NCBI GenBank assembly: GCA_038230375.1
Contig: JBBRNJ010000073.1
Location: forward strand, 1 to 45,674
DNA: 45,674 nucleotides
Source of the DNA: Polyangiales bacterium
GTDB taxonomy: Bacteria > Myxococcota_A > Polyangia > Polyangiales > Polyangiaceae
Direction of reading: 5' to 3'
Shown here: in pieces, positions 39,799 through 45,674 of the stretch
Numbering within the stretch: position 1 is the stretch's first letter
How the letters are laid out: every line of letters starts with the position of its first letter
Notes under the pieces: generated by a model
What the model was told of the DNA's origin: nothing
Database searches by the model: none
The model's input: the letters and a program-made list of their open reading frames with translations, nothing else
Position numbers and translations under genes: made by a program

Positions 39799-40876
39799 AT
39801 CTGGCCCTGTAGTCCTGGTCACGGGCGTTGGCGGCGGAGGGATCGGGGAGCAGATCCTGAAGGCCCTGCGCCTGGCCCCGACGAAGTACGAGATCGTCGG
39901 CTGCGACGCGTCCGCGCAGAGCACCGGCCTTCTCACGGTGGACCATCCGTACCTTGCGCCTGCTGCGCGTGAGCCCAACTACGTGCCTTCGCTCCTCGCG
40001 CTCTGCAAGAAGCACGGAGCGCGTGCGGTGTTTCCGGGGTCGGAGCCGGAGCTCCGCGTCATCTCGGAGAACCGCGCCGCGTTCGAGGCGGCGGGGGTCT
40101 TCCTGCCCATCAATCCGCACAGCGTGATCGAGACCTGCCTGGACAAGGACAAGACCACGCAGTTTCTCTCCTCGCACGGATTCGACGCACCGAAGAGCAT
40201 CCGCATCGACGACGAAGCCGATCTCGCCAAGGTCGATTTTTTCCCTGCCGTGGTGAAGCCGTATCTCGGCGGCGGCGGCAGCTCGGACGTCACCATCGCG
40301 CAGGATGCGGGGGAGCTCCGTGCGCTGGCAAAGCTCCTTCTCCTTGGTGGGCGCAAGCTGGTGGTGCAGGAGTACGTGGGCACGCCCGAGGGCGAGTACA
40401 CCGTGGGTGTGCTCACTGCGATGGATGGGCGCGTGCTCAACTCCATCGCGCTCCGTCGCTTCATCCTCTCTGCGCTCGGCAATCGCCTGAAGACGCCGAA
40501 CCGCACGGGCCGCGAAGACCTTGGCCCCACGCTCGCGATCTCGAGCGGCATCTCCCAGGGCGAGATCGGCGCCTTTCCAGAGGTCACGAAGCGGTGCGAG
40601 GAGATCGCGGCGGCGCTTGGCAGCAGAGGACCGCTCAACATCCAGGTGCGGTTCGTACAGGGCAAGGTCTACGTGTTCGAGATCAACCCGCGGTTTTCCG
40701 GGACCACGTGCATGCGCGCGATGGTCGGCTACAACGAGCCGGACGTGCTGATGCGCGAGCACCTTGGTGAGACGGTAAGTGCCCGCTTCGCGTACCGCTC
40801 CGGTGTCATCCTTCGCGGCTTGCAAGAGACGTTGATCGAGAACCGCACGTTCCCGAAGGCGTCGGACCTCGCATGA
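39785..40876 (+). CDS. ATP-grasp domain protein (CarB-like ligase of glycan loci)
   Basis: LVTGVGGG, PGSEPEL, CLDK, VKP..GGGS, VQEY, EYTV, FEINPRFSG. Confidence 0.9.
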   Translation: MKELESGPVVLVTGVGGGGIGEQILKALRLAPTKYEIVGCDASAQSTGLLTVDHPYLAPAAREPNYVPSLLALCKKHGARAVFPGSEPELRVISENRAAFEAAGVFLPINPHSVIETCLDKDKTTQFLSSHGFDAPKSIRIDDEADLAKVDFFPAVVKPYLGGGGSSDVTIAQDAGELRALAKLLLLGGRKLVVQEYVGTPEGEYTVGVLTAMDGRVLNSIALRRFILSALGNRLKTPNRTGREDLGPTLAISSGISQGEIGAFPEVTKRCEEIAAALGSRGPLNIQVRFVQGKVYVFEINPRFSGTTCMRAMVGYNEPDVLMREHLGETVSARFAYRSGVILRGLQETLIENRTFPKASDLA

Positions 40877-41619
40877 CGGAGAGTCCCAAACCCGATCCGA
40901 AGGCGGTCGCCGCGGAGCCGTGCATCTCCGTGTGCATCATGACATGGAACGAGCCGGCGACCGTGGCGAGCGTGGTGGAGGAGCAGCTCGCGACGCTCGG
41001 TAAGCTGGGCGTCACGCACGAGGTGCTCATCATCGACGACGGCAGCACCGACGAGACGCGAGCGATCGTGGACGAGCTCGCCGCGCGATTCCCCGACGCG
41101 GTCCGGATCGTTCGACACACCGAGAACCGCGGGCTCGGAGGCGTGTATCGCTCCGGGCTGAAAGAGGCGAAGGGTCGCTTCATCTCCTTCTTTCCGGCAG
41201 ACGGTCAGTTCCCCGCGTCGATCCTGGAGCAGTATTACCCATTGGCCGAGCAGTACGATCTCGTACTTGGCAATCTGCCCGGCCGCGGTGACTCTCTACT
41301 TGGTGCCGTGCTCACGCGCACCGAGCGTCTCGTGAACCGCGCCCTCGTCGGCAAGATCCCGCGCCTCGAAGGCGTGTTCATGCTTCGCCGCGAGATCCTC
41401 ACGCGCTTCCCGCTCATCAGTGATGGTCGCGGCTGGGCGATAGTGTGGGAGCTCCTGATCCGTGCGCAGCGCGCGAAGGCACGCATGATCGGAGTGCCCA
41501 CCACGCTGCGCCCGCGCAGCCACGGCAAATCCAAGGTCTCGAACTGGCGCTACATCCAGGCAAACCTGCGCCAGCTAGCGGGCCTCCGCGCCATCCTCCG
41601 CGCCAACCCCAACCCCTGA
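40873..41619 (+). CDS. GT2 glycosyltransferase, DPM1/ArnC-like
   Basis: WNE, IIDDGSTD, NRGLGG, PADGQ, R..GKSK. Confidence 0.88.
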   Translation: MTESPKPDPKAVAAEPCISVCIMTWNEPATVASVVEEQLATLGKLGVTHEVLIIDDGSTDETRAIVDELAARFPDAVRIVRHTENRGLGGVYRSGLKEAKGRFISFFPADGQFPASILEQYYPLAEQYDLVLGNLPGRGDSLLGAVLTRTERLVNRALVGKIPRLEGVFMLRREILTRFPLISDGRGWAIVWELLIRAQRAKARMIGVPTTLRPRSHGKSKVSNWRYIQANLRQLAGLRAILRANPNP

Positions 41620-41783
41620 ATCCGGGTCACGCGCTGACCTCGACGGGCGGGCGAGCCTCTTACGTCGCGACCTTCGTGCGTTGAACCTCTTTTTCGAACC
41701 GGCAGTGATGAGAGGGCTGGCGGTGGCGCTGGTGGCAGCGCGGCGCGTTGGCCGCCCATTCGCGCTGACGGTGATGGATGCCT

Positions 41784-43316
41784 TTAGCGGAACAGGTAGA
41801 CGGCGCCCGTGCCTGGCGCTGACGTGTCGTCTTGATCTCCGTTGATGCCCTTGGCAGCGCTGGATTCGAGGGGCGCCCCGACCGCGAGCAGAGTTCCATC
41901 TCCTGATAGCGCGACGCTGGTTCCGAAGAAGGATCCTGGCCTGGTGTTGGATGCCTTCACGTACGTACGTGACCACGCGTTGTCGACCGCATGCGCGAAG
42001 ACCCATGCGGCGCCGCCATTTTCGCAGAATCCAGCGTCCGCGAGCTCCGCGGCAGCGCCCACGCCATTGGCGCAACGATCGTCGAGCAGCGCGGATACGG
42101 CTAGAGTGCGCGCGTTCGCGGACAGCGAAAGGCCCCAGCCAAACGCGTCAGACGTATTCGATGAGGCGAGCGGATCGGGATCGGAAAACGTTTGTTGCTC
42201 GCTCCAGACGCCAGCCGAGAGGGCATACAGCCGTGCGGCTCCGATGACCGTCTGGTGCGTGCCGCAAAGGTCAGTACAAGCGATCGGATCGCTCTGCCCG
42301 GTCGCGACGAGCTGCCCGTCGGCCGATATCGCGATCGCGGCGACTGTGCTTGTCGAGCGACCCATGGCGGCGCTTGGCGGCATGATGCTTCCGTTGGATG
42401 CCCAGGCACCCGCGCCCCGCAGCATCATCTGAACGTCTTGGTGGCCGCTATTGACTCCGCCTGGGTACTGGATCTGAGCAAGGGCCTCACCACGTGCGGA
42501 TAGAGCCATAGCGAACGTGACCGCTCCCGGCGCGATAGGCAAGCTCGTCTGGAAGGACCACTCGCCGACCCTCGTGTAGATCGACGGGCCAACCGCAAGC
42601 GTGGTTCCGTCTGCGGAGAGCGCAAAATCCGCCGTTCCCCGGATGATGGCGTGTTCGAGCCACGCGCCCTTCCGGCGCTCGAAGACGTAGGTGATTGCCG
42701 CGGGAAATGTGGGAGAGCCCCGCGCGCCGACCGCAAGGACGTTGCCGTCCGCACTCAGCTGAACGCTACAACCAAACTCTCTGTTGTATGCGTTGTCCGA
42801 AGCCTTCAGATAAGCCTCTTGGCTCCACACGTCGCCCGCACCGCGCACGAAGAGGTAGACCGCACCGGCACCAGAGTATTGACCCCCAGCATCGTGATCT
42901 TGTGTCTCGTCGCCGTCCACACCCCGGCTGTCACCCGACTCGCCTATCGCCCCTACGGCCAGCGTCGATCCGTCGGCCGAGAGCGCCACGCTCGCACGGC
43001 GCGCTCTTCCTGTCTCCTTTGCCAGGTACGGAATGCCACCGAAGTGCATCGCCACGCCGGGGGTTGTGTTCGATGGCTTGATGTACGCCACCTGGGTCGT
43101 GAAGACATGGCCCGCGACGACAACCGGAGGAGAAGCATCGGATGTGACACCAGGGCCGGAGTCGCCGACCACAGCTCCATCTGCGGTGGAGCTCGCATCT
43201 GGTGCTACCTCATCGCGAATACGTCCGCGGTCGAAGTTGGTGGCAAGCTCGCACCCCACCATCATGGTTAGCAGCGAGAGCGCGACTGTTGCGGCGAAGG
43301 TGAACGAGACTCGCAT
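41784..43316 (-). CDS. Integrin-alpha/FG-GAP beta-propeller lipoprotein
   Basis: Lipobox MVGC; AYIKPSNT/AYLKASDN/TYVKASNT, FG.SVALSADG.TLAVGA, GAVYLF repeats; alternative start at 43355. Confidence 0.85.
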   Translation of the reverse strand: MRVSFTFAATVALSLLTMMVGCELATNFDRGRIRDEVAPDASSTADGAVVGDSGPGVTSDASPPVVVAGHVFTTQVAYIKPSNTTPGVAMHFGGIPYLAKETGRARRASVALSADGSTLAVGAIGESGDSRGVDGDETQDHDAGGQYSGAGAVYLFVRGAGDVWSQEAYLKASDNAYNREFGCSVQLSADGNVLAVGARGSPTFPAAITYVFERRKGAWLEHAIIRGTADFALSADGTTLAVGPSIYTRVGEWSFQTSLPIAPGAVTFAMALSARGEALAQIQYPGGVNSGHQDVQMMLRGAGAWASNGSIMPPSAAMGRSTSTVAAIAISADGQLVATGQSDPIACTDLCGTHQTVIGAARLYALSAGVWSEQQTFSDPDPLASSNTSDAFGWGLSLSANARTLAVSALLDDRCANGVGAAAELADAGFCENGGAAWVFAHAVDNAWSRTYVKASNTRPGSFFGTSVALSGDGTLLAVGAPLESSAAKGINGDQDDTSAPGTGAVYLFR

Positions 43317-43409
43317 GACGGTCCTTGTGTCGTGACGCGCGTTCTCATCACCCATGGTCCAACTATCTCACGGGAGCAGCGCTTCTACGCATCCGCGCCA
43401 GAATTGCCG

Positions 43410-44903
43410 CTAAGGGCGGTCGGGCCCCGACGTGAGGCGCAGGTCCAGGTCTCCGTGGTGGGCGGATACCAGCGGAAGGAGCGCGCGGTCATCGTCGGTA
43501 CCTTCGACCACGCTCATCCATGCTTCGGGCGCTGCCCTCACGGTGGCGTAACCAAGCTGCGGCGAAGCGATGAGCATCAACGTGACGTGGGTCGCGGCAC
43601 TCCCGCCTTCCGCCGCGCCCGCGAGCCCCGCGGCCACCGCGAGCTCCGACGGGACCGATGGCGCGTGGAGCTCGGTCACGCCGGCGGGCACGGGGAATAC
43701 GATCCACGACTCCGTGATGGTGGTGATCCCCGTGTTGTCCGGGTTGGTCGGTGCGTAGGTGAGGTGAAGGACGGCGCTCGCATCGACGGCCAATGGTGCG
43801 GCAAGCGACCACGACACGACGCGTGAAAGCCCCTCGGTGACGGACGCGCCCATGATCTGGGGAAGAAACGTGGCGTACGAGTCGATGGCCGTGGTCGCGA
43901 CGAGGCCACGGCGAACGTGTGTCTGGAACGGCGTACGCGAAGAACCTCCGTAGCTCTCGACCATCGCCGACGCGAAGCCGGTGGGAGGCAGCAAGTAGTG
44001 GAAGACCGACTGGTCTTTGAAATCCCGGTACTGAGGCAGCGAGTAGGCGGCATCGTCCGCGACGAAGTAGATGTGTGTCCTCGGGAAGAAGTTGCTGACT
44101 GTGAACGACGCGAGGCCCACGTCGCCGGCAATGAGGTCCGCGGATGAGACATCCACCGTGCTCGGGGCGCCGCCGTCCACGGCAAGCGGAAAGGTCTTCA
44201 GGGCGTTGCGATACTCAATCATCGTGCCCCCATCGTTACCCATGGGCAGCAGCTCTTCGACCGAGAAGATCGCCTCGACGCCACCGTCCGCTGGGCAGCC
44301 CGCCGCGACTGTAGCGGAGTAGGAAGTCGTGGAAGGGCCTGCCGAGGAGATCCCTTCTTTGAGCACGCACCCTTGCGCGAGGTCGAGCCGTGGGATGGAC
44401 GTCGGCGGGTTGTCGGGGACTTCGATTGTACCCTGGACGCGGGCGACGTAGTCGCCAGGAGGTCCCGCGTCGTCGCTACTCCCACGCAACATCCCACGCA
44501 ACAGGCGGATGATGTCGCCGCCCTGAACAGAAGCGATCGTCACGAGGCCGCTCGTCGGCAGGAGCGCGGTGAGTGAACCGCCGCCAGGAAGCGGAGCTGC
44601 CGCGCGGCCATCCTTGTCCGTCCGCACCATCGTGGTCTGACCGGACGGATCGACGAAGTAGCAGGCCTGGCCCGCGACGCCCTCACGGGTGCCTCGGTCC
44701 GTGACGATGACCGTCACGAGCGCGGCGGCGTCCAGAATCACACCGCCCTCGGTCGACGAGGCGTCCGGATTGCCACCGTCATCGCTCCCATCGGCGGACT
44801 CGGCCGGGACGCGCGACCGATCGAAGCTCGTCACGAGCTCGCACGCGGTCAGGCCGCCCAGCACGACCGCGCACGAGAGAACGAGGAGAGAAACACGCAT
44901 CAT
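43410..44903 (-). CDS. Hypothetical surface lipoprotein
   Basis: MMRVSLLVLSCAVVLGGLTAC lipobox, DAS/DGG linker, beta-rich domains. Confidence 0.75.
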   Translation of the reverse strand: MMRVSLLVLSCAVVLGGLTACELVTSFDRSRVPAESADGSDDGGNPDASSTEGGVILDAAALVTVIVTDRGTREGVAGQACYFVDPSGQTTMVRTDKDGRAAAPLPGGGSLTALLPTSGLVTIASVQGGDIIRLLRGMLRGSSDDAGPPGDYVARVQGTIEVPDNPPTSIPRLDLAQGCVLKEGISSAGPSTTSYSATVAAGCPADGGVEAIFSVEELLPMGNDGGTMIEYRNALKTFPLAVDGGAPSTVDVSSADLIAGDVGLASFTVSNFFPRTHIYFVADDAAYSLPQYRDFKDQSVFHYLLPPTGFASAMVESYGGSSRTPFQTHVRRGLVATTAIDSYATFLPQIMGASVTEGLSRVVSWSLAAPLAVDASAVLHLTYAPTNPDNTGITTITESWIVFPVPAGVTELHAPSVPSELAVAAGLAGAAEGGSAATHVTLMLIASPQLGYATVRAAPEAWMSVVEGTDDDRALLPLVSAHHGDLDLRLTSGPDRP

Positions 44904-45013
44904 CCTGGTAGTTGTGTCGTCGCCCACGATTTCGTCACAGCCCTTCCTCGGCATCTGGGGGAGTTGGCCTGCGCCCCCGCTACCATCAACGCGGTGAAAT
45001 GCCCCGACATCGA

Positions 45014-45085
45014 CGCCCGAAAGTCGCGTCCGAAGTGGGCCTGATCGGCGTAGCCGAGGGACGCCGCGAGCTCGGCAAGCGACGG
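45014..45085 (-). pseudogene. AraC-family HTH C-terminal fragment
   Basis: Reads PSLAELAASLGYADQAHFGRDFRA in a frame closed upstream by TGA at 45097-45095, with no start codon. Confidence 0.75.
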
Positions 45086-45137
45086 GAGAGTCGCTCAGCT
45101 GCAATTGCCAGCTCGACTTCCCCATCATTTCAGAACC

Positions 45138-45360
45138 GGCCTCATCGGCGCGCTTGATCCAGTCACGCAGCGCGGTTTCGGTCGAGGTCCTTCGCTACCT
45201 GCCCCACGGTCCGGTCGCCGCCCTTGCAGAGGCGCACCGCATCCGCCTTGAATTCCGCAGTAAAGTGCCTTCGTGCTCGTCGTGGCTTTCGCTTCGTCAT
45301 CCGACACTCCTCGCGCATCATCGCGCGTTTTGGGGTGTCCACGAAAGCGGGGGAGGATGA
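45138..45360 (-). mobile_element. IS3-family left-end remnant: IRL plus frameshifted, truncated orfA
   Basis: End TCATCCTCCCCCGCTTTCGTGGACACC, GAGGAG RBS, ATG 45300: MTKRKPRRARRHFTAEFKADAVRLCKGGDRTVGQVAKDL, continuing TETALRDWIKRA in a shifted frame. Confidence 0.85.
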
Positions 45361-45575
45361 CGGCGAGCTCGTGGCGCAAGAGGTGTCGGCGCATCTCTAT
45401 GCGGCGCCCGACAGTCGGCGAAGGGTCTTGCTTTGCCAGAACGGTGGACCAGGTGCGGGCGCGCGCTCAGGGAGGATCCGCACAAGCCCCTCCGACCTCG
45501 TCTGCACCCGCCCCTGCTTCTCTTCGTGCGCGCGAATCTTCACGCAGCCGTGAGCACCGTACCTGTCGCAGCGCG

Positions 45576-45674
45576 CGATCACAGCCACGTGTGATCCTCG
45601 ATCACAGCCACGTGTGATCCTCGATCACAGCCACGTGTGATCCTCGATCACAGCCACGTGTGATCCTCGATCAC
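45576..45674. repeat. Perfect 23-bp tandem repeat CGATCACAGCCACGTGTGATCCT (4.3 copies, runs off the window)
   Basis: Units start at 45576, 45599, 45622, 45645 and 45668; internal palindrome GATCACA-N6-TGTGATC. Confidence 0.95.

Noticed and set aside
45576..45674. CRISPR array
   Set aside because: Palindromic repeats are contiguous with no spacers, and no cas genes are present

Overview
High-GC chromosomal window that looks myxobacterial (Polyangiales-like, inferred from the gene families and the abundance of lipoproteins). Left to right it holds: a probable type II toxin-antitoxin pair cut by the left edge; a lone prkA/yeaG; a DUF6600 lipoprotein with a sigma54-type promoter; folK; an SPFH pair and an alpha/beta hydrolase; a minus-strand run of HEAT-like lipoprotein, FHA-GAF sigma54 activator, a shortened paralogue of the lipoprotein, a pilin-like protein lacking the prepilin site and a Cys-rich lipoprotein (two of these carry hexamer-microsatellite Thr/Ser/Pro linkers); an orphan signal-peptide-bearing protein with two gp19-like tail-tube domains; LamG and IPT/FG-GAP lipoproteins; a Zn-PLC/HET-C-like lipoprotein; cysQ-like and aldo/keto reductase genes; a ~15 kb Arn-like surface glycosylation locus with three GT-C-type membrane proteins; two lipoproteins sharing a CEL-x-T-x-FDR motif; AraC and IS3 remnants; and a palindromic 23-bp tandem repeat running off the right edge. 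About a dozen genes have a -10 hexamer 5-8 nt before the start codon, which suggests widespread leaderless transcription. All calls come from reading motifs by eye; no database searches were run.
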